DNA of 64,000 nt. Source: a virus. Taxonomy: Duplodnaviria; Caudoviricetes. The position numbers were made by a program, and so were the translations under genes. Under the pieces are notes generated by a model. It ran no database searches and was not told the DNA's origin. It was given only the letters and a program-made list of their open reading frames with translations. Position 1 is the stretch's first letter; each line of letters starts with the position of its first letter. Location: IMG/VR virus record IMGVR_UViG_3300013426_000022, positions 51,084-115,083 of that record. The stretch is one strand, 5' to 3'. Below, one piece after another: positions 28,795 through 39,924 of this stretch.

Positions 28795-31700
28795 TTCTTA
28801 CTTATTGCTATATTAAGTGTATCATCATCATTTTCTAGTATAGTCATATTATTTGTTCCAATTTTTAATGTTGAAGAAGTAGAAGTAGATCTATTATATA
28901 AATTATTTATAACTTCTTTAACAGAAGATATTGATAAATTATTCGGTAATGTTAAATAAGCATTTATGTTTTTAGGTGATTTTAGTGTAACTAAAGAATC
29001 ACACTTATTAAACATATAAGTTAAACTATCTGTTAAATTATTAGCTGTTTTTATATCCATACTAGATAAATCTAATGTTGATAATGAACTACATTCTGAG
29101 AACATATAACTTAAAGTTTGTGCATTTGTAGTTATCCAATTTGATATATTTAGATTTGTTAAACCTGAACATTTTTGGAACATTGAATTGAAATTTATTA
29201 CATTATTAACTTTCCAACTAGATAAATCTAATGTTGTTAATGAATAACAATTACAAAATACTTCATTTAAAGCATCTGTAGCTGACACATCTATACCACT
29301 AACATCTATTTCTAATAAATTATTACATTCGGAGAACATACCATATGCTATTAATAACGGTGAAGTTTTCCATCCAGTTAAATTTAATGTTGTTAATTTA
29401 TTACATTCTGAAACAAAATATCCCATATCTTTAACTAAACTTACATTCCATTTAGATAAATCAAGGCTAGTTAAATTACTACATTTTCTAAAAACATATG
29501 ATAATGATGTTATTTTTGAAGTATTGAAATTTTCAATTCCTTTTATTTCAGTAACACTAGAACAACCAGCAAATAATGATTGGATATCATCTAATACACT
29601 AGTATTTAAAGTTGATAAATCTATACTAGTTAATTTACTACAATCCGCAAATGCATATGCCATTTTTTTAATTTTTGATTTACTTAAATCAGGTAATTTT
29701 AATGTGACTAACTCAGAACAACCATTAAACATACCTGCTATCGTAGTAGCTTTATCGAAAGACCAATTAGATAAATCTAATGATGTTATTGAAGTATATG
29801 ATAATGCATAAGAGAATGATGTTATTAAATCAGTCTTCCAATTAGATATATTCAATGATGTTAAATTACGACAAGAAGAAAAAGCTCCAAGCATATTAGT
29901 AAGTTTAGAAGTATTCCATTTAGATACATCTAAATTAGTTACTGAACTACATCCTGAAAATACATAAACTATTGAAGTGACATTATCTGTTTTCCAGTTA
30001 GATACATCTAGAACTTGGACTAGAGAACAACCATTGAAAACACTTCGTAATCCTTCTCCAACTAAACTAGAAGTATCCCATTTACTAACATCTATTACTG
30101 TCAATTGAGTACAGCTACTAAATAATGATTGGAAAGTTGTTACTTTACTTGTATTCCAATTAGATACATCTAATATTTCAAGTGAAGTACAACCTTGGAA
30201 AGTTGAATTTAATGAAATAACATTAGAAATATCCCAATTACCAACAGGTATTGATCTAACAGAAGAACAACCATAGAATGTTCTATATAATGTTGTTATT
30301 TTACTAACATCCCAGTTAGCAATAAAATCTAAATCTCCTAAAGCAGCACATCCTTTAAATAAATTTGATATATCTTTACATTTAGAAGGTAAATTTATAC
30401 TAAGTCCAGTTAAATTAACACAATCACTAAATAATCCTGATATAGATTCAGTATTATTATTTATCTTAAAATTAGCATCAACTAAATTACTACATCCCTT
30501 AAATAAATTATCATAACATGTTAATGATGCTGGCATTTGTGAAACAGAAACTATAGAACTTTTAAATGTACTTGAAAAAGGTATTCCTTCAGTACTTACT
30601 TTTTGAGTTTTTATTGTATATTCTGTATTTCTTGTATATGTGTGAGTTAATAAATCATCAATAGTGCCATCTCCCCAATCAGTATATAAGTGAACAGTTT
30701 TTCCTTCAGTATCAGCTATACTTATTGTTCTTGTTCCCGCTAATTCAGTATTTATTTTAGCAACCATGGTAACTTCAGTATCGAATCCATATCCACCCCA
30801 AAGTCTTGGTACTTCTGCTAAAGTTCCCTCATCTTCATCGATTTTATTTATACTCTTACAGTTTCTATAACAATATTCATGATCTTGCATATCAGTATAA
30901 CTATTATTCCAGTTAGAATGTACTGTTGTGATTCCTGTACATCCTCGGAAAGCTTCTCTAACATTAGTTACATTTGAATTAAAATATATATCAGATTTTA
31001 TTGTATCTATATTTTTAAATGCTTCAGATAAAGTTAAAGGTTTATTTGTAGGTAAATTTATTCCTTCGATACTGGTAAGTCCTTCTGAATTTAATAATAA
31101 TTTATCCATTGTTGTAGCATTAGGGAATTTAGTTATAATATCATTAATTGTATTTATATTATCAACAACTGCATTTTCAAATAAACTTGTTAAATCATAT
31201 TGATCTTTTGAAGGATTATTTATTATCACTTTGCATTTAGTTATATCTAATCCTTTAAACATTTCATTCATATTTTCAAGATAATTAGTTAAATCTATTT
31301 TACCTTCAGGTCTAAACCAAGGTCTAGATACACTACCGTCTCTATTTTTATTTAAATTAGGATGTTTATCTGTTGGAGCTATATTGAAATTAAGTCCATT
31401 TTCAATATATGTTAATCCTTGTAAATCAATAATATCCATATTCATATCTTTAAAATCTATTCCTTCATAATTATCTGCTTCATGATAAGCTGTATTACTC
31501 CATATATTTTTTACATCACAAACACTATCACCAAATTTATTTGTAAATAAAATATTTTCTACGGAAGTAGGTAGTATTATTTTTCTTAAACCTTTAATAG
31601 AATAATTTGTTGTAAACGTTTGTATTGAAGTTAATCCTGATAAGTCTAAAGATGCACCTTCGGCAAATCTTACTGAATGTTCTTCATCACTAACATTCAT

Positions 31701-34700
31701 TGACAAAGTTTTTATTAAAGGACAGTTTGTAAATTTTATATCATATAATGTTGCTATTGAATAATTATCCATCATATCATCAAAACCTAAATCTGTCATT
31801 TTAAACATATTTTTTATATCTATTTCACGTATTTTATTAAATCCTTGGAAATATAATTCAGTTATATCTAATGAATTATCTATAATTAATGTTTGAACAT
31901 TACTCATAGCTCTAAATACATTGCCATCATCATATAATCCTGAATATAAATCCAATTTTTTAATATTTAAGCAATTTGATAATTGAACATTTGATAATTG
32001 TTGTAGATTTATAAATCGCCTATCTCCTTTTTCTATTAAAGCATAATTTACTATATTTGATGGTAATGATATTGGTCTTACGGTTCTTATACAAATCATA
32101 CAATATGCCGCATTAGAAGGTGGAGTGACTTCTATTATTTTTTCCACAGCATGAACAGCAGTATCAGCTATACTAGCTTTAGCTATGAATTTTTTGTCGG
32201 AATCAAAATAATATATTTCAGTAGTAGAACCATTTACAGGAGCTATTATTTCTTTAACTGTAGGTGTTATTTCCCATAAATTATCTTCTGATAGTGTATT
32301 TGATCCCGTATCTCTTATTATTGCATAAGTTCCAGTAGAAGATCCTTTAGTAAATCCTCCAGATGTAGTGTAACTTATAACAGTATTTGCTTTAACAGTA
32401 ACATTTTCTAATCCAGTCCATATATTTTGATATCCATAAGGCAAACCGACTGTTTTTAAATTAGTTTGATGACTTAATACTATATTTTGTATAGTTTCAG
32501 GATAATATATTTCTTCTAAGTTACCACCATCAGTATCAGATTTAATAGCTGTTAATTTAGTTCCACGAACATCGATTTTTCTCAAGTTAGTACAAGAACT
32601 CACATCCATTATTTTAGCAACATCTAGTTCACCAAATGTTGAACAATCCTTGAAACTTACTGATTTTAAATAAGTATTTTTTGATAAATCAGCTTGTTTA
32701 AGTTTCACGGCTTTTTCACATTTTAATTCAACTAATTTAGTTGCTTCTCCTAATAATAATGATTCAGGTCCCATATCAGTTAAATCACCAATTCTCTTAA
32801 GATTATTTGCACAGTAAATAATTATTTCATTATCGGTATCATTTACCATTTGTCTTTTAAATATTACTTTCTCATTAAACCCTACACGCTTTGTTTCATA
32901 CGTATTCTTTCTCCAACATATAGTAACATATTGAGGGCAATATGTTTCTATTTCAAATTGCAACCACCAATGATGTTGTTCGGTTTTATCATCAATTTTA
33001 ATTACTTCATAGTCAATCCATTCAGGTCTAGCCGCACGGACAGTTATGTTTTCTTTAGTATATGGTGAGTTATATTGTAAAAATAAACTATCTACATATT
33101 GGAATCTATTATATAACCATCTTATTAAATGATCTTTATTATTACCATGTAATCTATTTATGTTTGTTGTACCTTGGCTTATATATTTCGTATATTGATC
33201 GTTATTATATGCTATTTCTGGTAACGTATCTATTTGATCTGTTATTAAATATTTATAAAGATTTTCATATGTGTATGATCCTTCTCTCATCATTTTAAAT
33301 TCATCAAATAATATATCTTGCATGAAATTATTAAGTTTTACCCACATTTGAGATGCTGAACAGTTATATACATTTGGTTGAGAAGGTTCTATATCAGATT
33401 CAAATACATTATAACCAGAGTTATCTAATCCCATACTAGAGTCCATATCATAGAATCCAAACCACCAAATATCGTCACCATACATATTAATCATACAGTT
33501 TTTGGCAAAGTTATCTATCATACCCATTGTCATGACATTTAAATAATATCTACAAGCAGATCTAGGATTAAAATATTTTGGTCCTTCTTTATTGAAAGTT
33601 TCTTTATCTTTAGTATCATTAATAAATTTAACAAATCGTGCCAATGATAAGATAGCATAATCTTTATAGGTACCAATAACGTTTCCCGTATGAGGTATTT
33701 CTAAATAATCATAATATTTAGTTACATCATATTCGCCAGTTTCATCTTCAAATGCATCTTCATCATAAGCTATTTCAAAGTCTGCTAATATTTTAGCATA
33801 TATATCTTCAACATTGTTGTGGTCCCATGTTACATAAAAAGCACCTGCTGATGAATCAGAGTTTGCTTTTATTTCCCAACGAACCATATCAGGAATAACC
33901 TCAAAACCTAAAGATTTAGTACAAGATTTATCTAAATTAAAATTAAATATTCCTATCCATTTACCGTTAATATATAATTGACATAAAAAACCATTAATAG
34001 TTTCTCTAGTTTTTGGATCTTTTTGTTTTGCAGGATTTGGTATATCTGCAAATACTAAATCATTAACTATCTTAGCAGTACAAGTGTTTCTACAATGTGA
34101 TGAATCCATATAGTCTGCTTTTAAACAAAATGTATTTTCAGCATATCCAGTTCCATCTCTTTGACTATACATATCTATTTTCTTTTTTGTATATTTTGAT
34201 ATAGCTTTAAAATCTTCAGGTATTATTATATTATCTTCTTTATCTACTATTTGACCTTCTTTATCTATTCTATAATCATATAATTTCATTTTATAGTTTT
34301 TGATAGGATAACCTAAAGAAGATGTACCTTGATAAGATGTTAATGCTAAATAATCAAATGATGGTCCATATTTTTTTACATCAGGAGATACATATGTTAC
34401 TTGTATCCATTGTTTATTATCTTTAGTCATAGGACCAACACTACCAACAGGACTATCTTTAAAATATACTGTAGGTATGTCTTGATTTATTGTGACATAG
34501 TTTTTATCATATTTAGCTTTTTGTTCTGATATATTATCTATATCAGCCATTAAATTTTGTAATACTTCCTCATGTTCCAAAGCTCTGTTATATATTAGAA
34601 TAGTTTTTATTTTATTATTACCGAATATTTTTTTAGCTTTATCTGTATTTATTAGTATTTTATTCGAATGTTTTATACTTTCGTATACTTTATTACCACC

Positions 34701-36362
34701 TGTACCAGAGTCAGTTAACATACCCACTTCTGTAAATATACCATTTATATATGTTTGAATCATAGGGAAATTACTTTTTACACCAGTTTGCCAATCAACA
34801 GTTGTTGCGTTACGGTTTACAACAAAAGTTACTCTCATACTAGTAGCATCAGTATAATATGTTTTAAGTGTATTACCTACAGTTTGCATTCCCGCTTTTT
34901 CGCTATCTATATAAAAACCTACATAAGGTGTATCATTACCTCTACATTCAATAACTTTCGCATCGTTATCTCCAGCATTAAATGATTCAAATTGAATATC
35001 AAATGTAAAACCACCTTCAGCGTTATCCTCTAAAGGTAAATAATTTTCTATTTCAGCCCAACTAACACCATTGTTTACTAATCTACCGTCTATCCAACCA
35101 TTACTAGCATAATTATAATCATGTAATACCAATCTAGCTCTTTTTCCATTATCAGTTAGAACTTCACTGTCTAAATAATCTCTGTCAATGTTTTGATTTG
35201 TTTTTCTACTCATATTAAACCAAGCTTGTAAACCAGGTTTAACAAATTCTATTCTTTTAAAAGAACTTTCAGTTACTTTAATAGTACAATTTAATTCTCC
35301 TGCCATTGTACTATCAGTATTAGTAACTCTTATTGTAAAAATATGGTTACCTTTAATTAATTTATTATAAGGTATAGTTATTGTATTTGTACCTAATATA
35401 CCATTAACAGTATCAAATTCTTCAGAATCTAAATAATATTTAACATTAAACATATTTTGACCTATTGTAGATATACGATATTTTAAGTCAATATCTGTAC
35501 CTTCTTCTATAGTAATAGAAGTTTGTTTAGAAGATACTAATATTTGGTTAGCATCGACTACAACAACATTGAATTCTAATATATTAGATTTAAATTCATC
35601 ACTAAATACTTGTAAAGTAACAGGATGTACTCCAGTAACTTTATTTTCTGCAGGAAATACATAAGTATTATAACCTTCAACAGCAGTAGTAGTATATTCA
35701 ACACCATCAACATTTATTTTTAGTACCATAGTCGCAGTTCTATCTAAAGAACTTACATTAAATGGTATTTGGATAGATGCATACGTATTGAAATCTTGTT
35801 CATCATCAAATGATGATGATATTTCTATACTACCACAAACTACTGTACAATTTATAACATTTGTCATTTGACCCATATAGTCAACAGCATATATAGATAA
35901 TTGATTTATACCTTTATCTAATGAACCTATATTAACACTACCAACACCTATTTTTTCTAAAGTATATTCAAGTTCTTTAGATTTTTCTCCACAAATAATA
36001 TTTACATATAAATGTGCAGTACCTCTATTTGGTGTATTAAATGTATAAGGTATAACCAATACTTCATTCTCTCTCATTGTAAAACGAGATTCTAATGTTG
36101 TTGATAATGTACCAGGTTGTAAACCTCCTCCGCCGCTTAATTTTATAGTTTTAACTACTTTACCATCGGCTTTGAAATTTATAACGTTCAATTCACTATC
36201 TTCATCAACATATGTTTCTACGTCATCAAACTTAGATTCTCTTAAAGATGATTTTCCTTCAGCAGGTAATATGTTTTCTTCCTTAGTAATAGGATGAACA
36301 ATAACATCTGAACCATCTTCTTGTTTGATACGCATTTCAGTATTTTGTATAATGTCCGCCAT
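28776..36362 (-). CDS. 2528-aa multidomain virion protein: Ig/LamG-like region, CotH-like kinase, LRR, and BspA/DUF285-type repeats
   Basis: QGTSS..YP.KNY, LKADYMDSS, DNFAKN and FYDMDSSMGLDNSG (CotH-like); many ~26-aa LDVSxWxTSKxTxxxxxFxxCxxL repeats; late promoter at 36395-36406. Confidence 0.7.
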   Translation of the reverse strand: MADIIQNTEMRIKQEDGSDVIVHPITKEENILPAEGKSSLRESKFDDVETYVDEDSELNVINFKADGKVVKTIKLSGGGGLQPGTLSTTLESRFTMRENEVLVIPYTFNTPNRGTAHLYVNIICGEKSKELEYTLEKIGVGSVNIGSLDKGINQLSIYAVDYMGQMTNVINCTVVCGSIEISSSFDDEQDFNTYASIQIPFNVSSLDRTATMVLKINVDGVEYTTTAVEGYNTYVFPAENKVTGVHPVTLQVFSDEFKSNILEFNVVVVDANQILVSSKQTSITIEEGTDIDLKYRISTIGQNMFNVKYYLDSEEFDTVNGILGTNTITIPYNKLIKGNHIFTIRVTNTDSTMAGELNCTIKVTESSFKRIEFVKPGLQAWFNMSRKTNQNIDRDYLDSEVLTDNGKRARLVLHDYNYASNGWIDGRLVNNGVSWAEIENYLPLEDNAEGGFTFDIQFESFNAGDNDAKVIECRGNDTPYVGFYIDSEKAGMQTVGNTLKTYYTDATSMRVTFVVNRNATTVDWQTGVKSNFPMIQTYINGIFTEVGMLTDSGTGGNKVYESIKHSNKILINTDKAKKIFGNNKIKTILIYNRALEHEEVLQNLMADIDNISEQKAKYDKNYVTINQDIPTVYFKDSPVGSVGPMTKDNKQWIQVTYVSPDVKKYGPSFDYLALTSYQGTSSLGYPIKNYKMKLYDYRIDKEGQIVDKEDNIIIPEDFKAISKYTKKKIDMYSQRDGTGYAENTFCLKADYMDSSHCRNTCTAKIVNDLVFADIPNPAKQKDPKTRETINGFLCQLYINGKWIGIFNFNLDKSCTKSLGFEVIPDMVRWEIKANSDSSAGAFYVTWDHNNVEDIYAKILADFEIAYDEDAFEDETGEYDVTKYYDYLEIPHTGNVIGTYKDYAILSLARFVKFINDTKDKETFNKEGPKYFNPRSACRYYLNVMTMGMIDNFAKNCMINMYGDDIWWFGFYDMDSSMGLDNSGYNVFESDIEPSQPNVYNCSASQMWVKLNNFMQDILFDEFKMMREGSYTYENLYKYLITDQIDTLPEIAYNNDQYTKYISQGTTNINRLHGNNKDHLIRWLYNRFQYVDSLFLQYNSPYTKENITVRAARPEWIDYEVIKIDDKTEQHHWWLQFEIETYCPQYVTICWRKNTYETKRVGFNEKVIFKRQMVNDTDNEIIIYCANNLKRIGDLTDMGPESLLLGEATKLVELKCEKAVKLKQADLSKNTYLKSVSFKDCSTFGELDVAKIMDVSSCTNLRKIDVRGTKLTAIKSDTDGGNLEEIYYPETIQNIVLSHQTNLKTVGLPYGYQNIWTGLENVTVKANTVISYTTSGGFTKGSSTGTYAIIRDTGSNTLSEDNLWEITPTVKEIIAPVNGSTTEIYYFDSDKKFIAKASIADTAVHAVEKIIEVTPPSNAAYCMICIRTVRPISLPSNIVNYALIEKGDRRFINLQQLSNVQLSNCLNIKKLDLYSGLYDDGNVFRAMSNVQTLIIDNSLDITELYFQGFNKIREIDIKNMFKMTDLGFDDMMDNYSIATLYDIKFTNCPLIKTLSMNVSDEEHSVRFAEGASLDLSGLTSIQTFTTNYSIKGLRKIILPTSVENILFTNKFGDSVCDVKNIWSNTAYHEADNYEGIDFKDMNMDIIDLQGLTYIENGLNFNIAPTDKHPNLNKNRDGSVSRPWFRPEGKIDLTNYLENMNEMFKGLDITKCKVIINNPSKDQYDLTSLFENAVVDNINTINDIITKFPNATTMDKLLLNSEGLTSIEGINLPTNKPLTLSEAFKNIDTIKSDIYFNSNVTNVREAFRGCTGITTVHSNWNNSYTDMQDHEYCYRNCKSINKIDEDEGTLAEVPRLWGGYGFDTEVTMVAKINTELAGTRTISIADTEGKTVHLYTDWGDGTIDDLLTHTYTRNTEYTIKTQKVSTEGIPFSSTFKSSIVSVSQMPASLTCYDNLFKGCSNLVDANFKINNNTESISGLFSDCVNLTGLSINLPSKCKDISNLFKGCAALGDLDFIANWDVSKITTLYRTFYGCSSVRSIPVGNWDISNVISLNSTFQGCTSLEILDVSNWNTSKVTTFQSLFSSCTQLTVIDVSKWDTSSLVGEGLRSVFNGCSLVQVLDVSNWKTDNVTSIVYVFSGCSSVTNLDVSKWNTSKLTNMLGAFSSCRNLTSLNISNWKTDLITSFSYALSYTSITSLDLSNWSFDKATTIAGMFNGCSELVTLKLPDLSKSKIKKMAYAFADCSKLTSIDLSTLNTSVLDDIQSLFAGCSSVTEIKGIENFNTSKITSLSYVFRKCSNLTSLDLSKWNVSLVKDMGYFVSECNKLTTLNLTGWKTSPLLIAYGMFSECNNLLEIDVSGIDVSATDALNEVFCNCYSLTTLDLSSWKVNNVINFNSMFQKCSGLTNLNISNWITTNAQTLSYMFSECSSLSTLDLSSMDIKTANNLTDSLTYMFNKCDSLVTLKSPKNINAYLTLPNNLSISSVKEVINNLYNRSTSTSSTLKIGTNNMTILENDDDTLNIAISKNWSVVS

Positions 36363-36494
36363 TATAAATCCCTCCTTTATTGATAATAATACATTAAGAA
36401 TTTGTTTATTTAATGATATAGACGATTGTTTTTATATAGAAAAAACAAACTTATAATGATTTTATTAAAAGATAAGAAAGGAGGATTTTTATTT

Positions 36495-38585
36495 ATGTAT
36501 ATTAATGAAAGTTTTATTTTAGAAAAAAATGATTTATATATAAATTTTGATAAATTTGAATCTGGAGAATCTAATATATGTCTCATAACAGGTTTATCGG
36601 GTTCTGGTAAATCTACATTAGGAAAAGAAATATCTAAAAAATATAAAGCAGAATATGTTGAATTAGATAAATTCTTTTTATTTAAATCATTAGATGAATT
36701 ATCATATTTAAGTAAAACTTTTACAGATTTTTTTAAAGAAAATGAAAGTTTATATAGTATAATGCATACAAAAGAAGATTCATCTGACATACCATTAAAA
36801 GTATTAAATGCATTGATTAAATATTGTAAAAAAATAAAAAATAAAAAATTCATTCTAGAAGGAGTCCAAATATACTTATTTGCAGATGAATCAATACAAA
36901 AATATCCAATTATAATAAAAAATACTCCAGCATTAAAATCTATGTTTAGAATGTTTAAACGTGATTTTATAGAATTTGATGGTTTAAAATATCATCAATG
37001 TATTAAATATATTCCCAAATTTTTAAAAATATATATTAAAGATGAAAAGGATTTTAATGTTTTTAAAAAGAATTTTTTTAAAGGAGGTAGAAAGAATATG
37101 AATTTATTAGAAACTGATTTAAATTCTATAGTGATATTTTCAACAGATATTTTACCAGAATATATTTGTGAAGAATATTTGGCTACTAAAATGGACGTTG
37201 ATAAATTTAATACAACAAATGCTGTTGAACGATATTTAGTTATAGAATTATCTCAATTAATAAAACAATCTAAATTAGATAAAATGATAGTCAATGATAT
37301 AATAGATAGACGATTTAAAGAAATAATGTACAATAAACAAGACGAAATTGAACGAAATATATTATTTACAATAAAAGAAATAAAACAAATAGATCTAACA
37401 TATGATACATTAGAAGCTATATTAAATAATTCAATATTTAATCCTAATAGTATATTATATTTAAAAACATTATTAAATAGTAATGGAGATTCTTCTAATG
37501 GAGAATACTTAGATATATCTTTATCTACTGAGAGTTTTTTAAAATCAATGGAATTAATTAAATATTTAGCAATGAAAATAGGTGTAAATGATGAAAGATT
37601 TAAAGTAATATATCAACAAATACAAGAAATTTTATATGACTTTAAAGATTTTTATTGTGATTCAGCAAATTATACTTTAGGAATATCTGATGAAATAGTA
37701 AAAGATAATCTAGTTAAAAATCCAGATACGATAACTATAAATGATATATACGATATATTTGATAATCTAAAATCATTTTTAATGAATCAAGTTGATTCTA
37801 AATTATATTATATGATAAATGAATTTAAATGTTTATCATATAGAATGGAAGTAAAACAACAAGAAAAAAATACACGTATAGAATCAGTTGATTTAGAAAC
37901 TAAATATAATGATGCTATATATAAATTTGAAAATATGGATTTGTTAGATGACGAAGGTGAGCTTGATGTTATGAAAGTAGCCGAGGCATATCAATTAGCT
38001 CATGATATATGTAAATATCAATATATGCAAGAAGCTAAAACTACAATCATAACTAAAGGTACAAATAAAATAACTAAATCTATAGGAAATGCTTCAGCTA
38101 AATCAAGAGGTATGTCAGATGCCAAATCTAAAGTTGGTGCTATTAAAAGAGGAGCTCGTATTGTTGACGATAGAGCATCTGATGCTATTAATAAAAAAAT
38201 TGATGATATAATGAATTTTTCTCGTGATGCTAAAAGAGAAAAACTTCTTACTGGTAAAAATACTGTTAGAGTTAGTAGTTGTTTGAAAAAAGCAATAGGA
38301 TTAATAGTTGGTGGTGCTGCAGGTTTAGCTGCTTTTGGACCTCTTGCTGGAGCGGCTATAGGATTTATCGGAATACTTGGAGCAAGAGGAATAAGTAAAA
38401 ATGTTGAAGATAGAGAAAAGAAAAGAATATTATTAGAATTAGAAACGGAATTAAAAATAGTAAAAGAAAAAGTAGAAGATGCTAAAGGTGAGAATAACAA
38501 AAAACAAAAATATCAACTTATGAGAATACAAGCAAATCTTGAAAAAGAAATAACTAGAATAAAACATAACTTAAGATATTATTAG
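36495..38585 (+). CDS. P-loop kinase domain fused to a virion/head protein (internal RBS, ATG 37098)
   Basis: ITGLSGSGKST and ILEGVQ; AAGGAGG at 37081 before in-frame ATG; C-terminal Gly/Ala hydrophobic segment and coiled coil; late promoter at 36444-36455. Confidence 0.7.
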   Translation: MYINESFILEKNDLYINFDKFESGESNICLITGLSGSGKSTLGKEISKKYKAEYVELDKFFLFKSLDELSYLSKTFTDFFKENESLYSIMHTKEDSSDIPLKVLNALIKYCKKIKNKKFILEGVQIYLFADESIQKYPIIIKNTPALKSMFRMFKRDFIEFDGLKYHQCIKYIPKFLKIYIKDEKDFNVFKKNFFKGGRKNMNLLETDLNSIVIFSTDILPEYICEEYLATKMDVDKFNTTNAVERYLVIELSQLIKQSKLDKMIVNDIIDRRFKEIMYNKQDEIERNILFTIKEIKQIDLTYDTLEAILNNSIFNPNSILYLKTLLNSNGDSSNGEYLDISLSTESFLKSMELIKYLAMKIGVNDERFKVIYQQIQEILYDFKDFYCDSANYTLGISDEIVKDNLVKNPDTITINDIYDIFDNLKSFLMNQVDSKLYYMINEFKCLSYRMEVKQQEKNTRIESVDLETKYNDAIYKFENMDLLDDEGELDVMKVAEAYQLAHDICKYQYMQEAKTTIITKGTNKITKSIGNASAKSRGMSDAKSKVGAIKRGARIVDDRASDAINKKIDDIMNFSRDAKREKLLTGKNTVRVSSCLKKAIGLIVGGAAGLAAFGPLAGAAIGFIGILGARGISKNVEDREKKRILLELETELKIVKEKVEDAKGENNKKQKYQLMRIQANLEKEITRIKHNLRYY

Positions 38586-38598
38586 GAGTTGATATTTT

Positions 38599-39822
38599 AT
38601 GAATTTTAAAAAGATAGATTTAAATGATAATAATATTAGAAAATATAAAGTTAAGCATAAAGGACTTTCTCATATAAGAACAGGTAAAGATTATAAAGGG
38701 TATATTTATATAGATAAAAAAGACAATGTTGTTGGATTTATAAATATGAGAATATCAGATAAATATATTCAAGCTATTGAGGTTAGTCCCGAATATCAAG
38801 GTCAAGGTTTAGGTAAAACATTGTTAAATGAATTAATAAAAATGGGAGCAACTCGATTATCAGTAAACAAGAAAAACATTAAAGCTAAAAAAATGTATGA
38901 TAAATTATTTAAAGTTGAACGAGAAGATAAATATATGTATTATATGACATTAGAAGTTTCTGATTATATAAAAGAAGGGAGGGAATTATCCACTATGAAA
39001 TCTTTTAGTTTTAAAGATATGACTAATAATAATATAATAATTACCGAAAATTTTGATATAATAGAAGAGACAAATAATATGTATGATGGTGTTATTGTAA
39101 CAAATATAACTAATTCCAATGTATTATTAGAAGCTGATGATGATTTGGGTCCAACCGATTATAATTCTGATGATCTAGGTAGTGGAGATGAATCTGTAGA
39201 TACAGGAGGATATGATTTGGGTCCAACTGATTATAATGAAGATTCAGGAGATGATACTACTGATGATACAACAGCAGATGATACCACTGATGAATCAGGA
39301 GATGAAGATTTAACTAATGATGAAGGTGGGGATGATTTAGATTCATTAGAATCTGATACAGACGATCCATCAGCAGAACCATCAGATACAGAAGGTGGTT
39401 CTGAAGATGTTGAAAATTCAAATGACGAACAAATGAATAATGAAGACCAAAATAAAGATAATGAAAATAATAAGTTTCTCATTAAAGATTATCTTGAATT
39501 ATATAATAGATTAGAAGAAATATTAGAAAAAATAAATTCTAATGAAAAATTTAAATTCTCTAGAGATGTTGTATATAATAAAGCAAGAATAAATATAGAA
39601 AAAATAAGAGATATGCTTTTTGATTATATAACTTTAAGATTTAATAATGAATCTTATGTTGCAAATCTTTATCATTTTAATTTAGTTATACAAGCAATTA
39701 ATATTAATATTGCAATGATTGAGAAATCTCCGACTATAACTGAAATTAATGAAAGAAATAAAGAAAAAGAAAATAAAACTAAGAAAAATAATAAAAATGA
39801 GAAAACTAAGGGGTCGAAATAA
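38599..39822 (+). CDS. GNAT acetyltransferase domain fused to an acidic scaffold-like head protein (internal ATG 38995)
   Basis: V.PEYQGQGLGK.L and N..A..MY; internal GGGAGG RBS; Asp-rich region with DLGPTDYN twice; directly upstream of the capsid gene. Confidence 0.7.
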   Translation: MNFKKIDLNDNNIRKYKVKHKGLSHIRTGKDYKGYIYIDKKDNVVGFINMRISDKYIQAIEVSPEYQGQGLGKTLLNELIKMGATRLSVNKKNIKAKKMYDKLFKVEREDKYMYYMTLEVSDYIKEGRELSTMKSFSFKDMTNNNIIITENFDIIEETNNMYDGVIVTNITNSNVLLEADDDLGPTDYNSDDLGSGDESVDTGGYDLGPTDYNEDSGDDTTDDTTADDTTDESGDEDLTNDEGGDDLDSLESDTDDPSAEPSDTEGGSEDVENSNDEQMNNEDQNKDNENNKFLIKDYLELYNRLEEILEKINSNEKFKFSRDVVYNKARINIEKIRDMLFDYITLRFNNESYVANLYHFNLVIQAININIAMIEKSPTITEINERNKEKENKTKKNNKNEKTKGSK

Positions 39823-39924
39823 CAACAATTTTATAAGAACAAGTTAAAATATTACGTTATTGGTCGAAAAAATCGAAACAATTATGTAATATTAATAAAA
39901 TCTAATAAAGAAGGAGTGTTAATT

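Noticed and set aside
29000-30500. Periodic ~78-bp repeats as a CRISPR array or DGR target
   Set aside because: They are degenerate in-frame protein repeats with no identical repeat/spacer structure, and no cas or reverse transcriptase gene is in the window.
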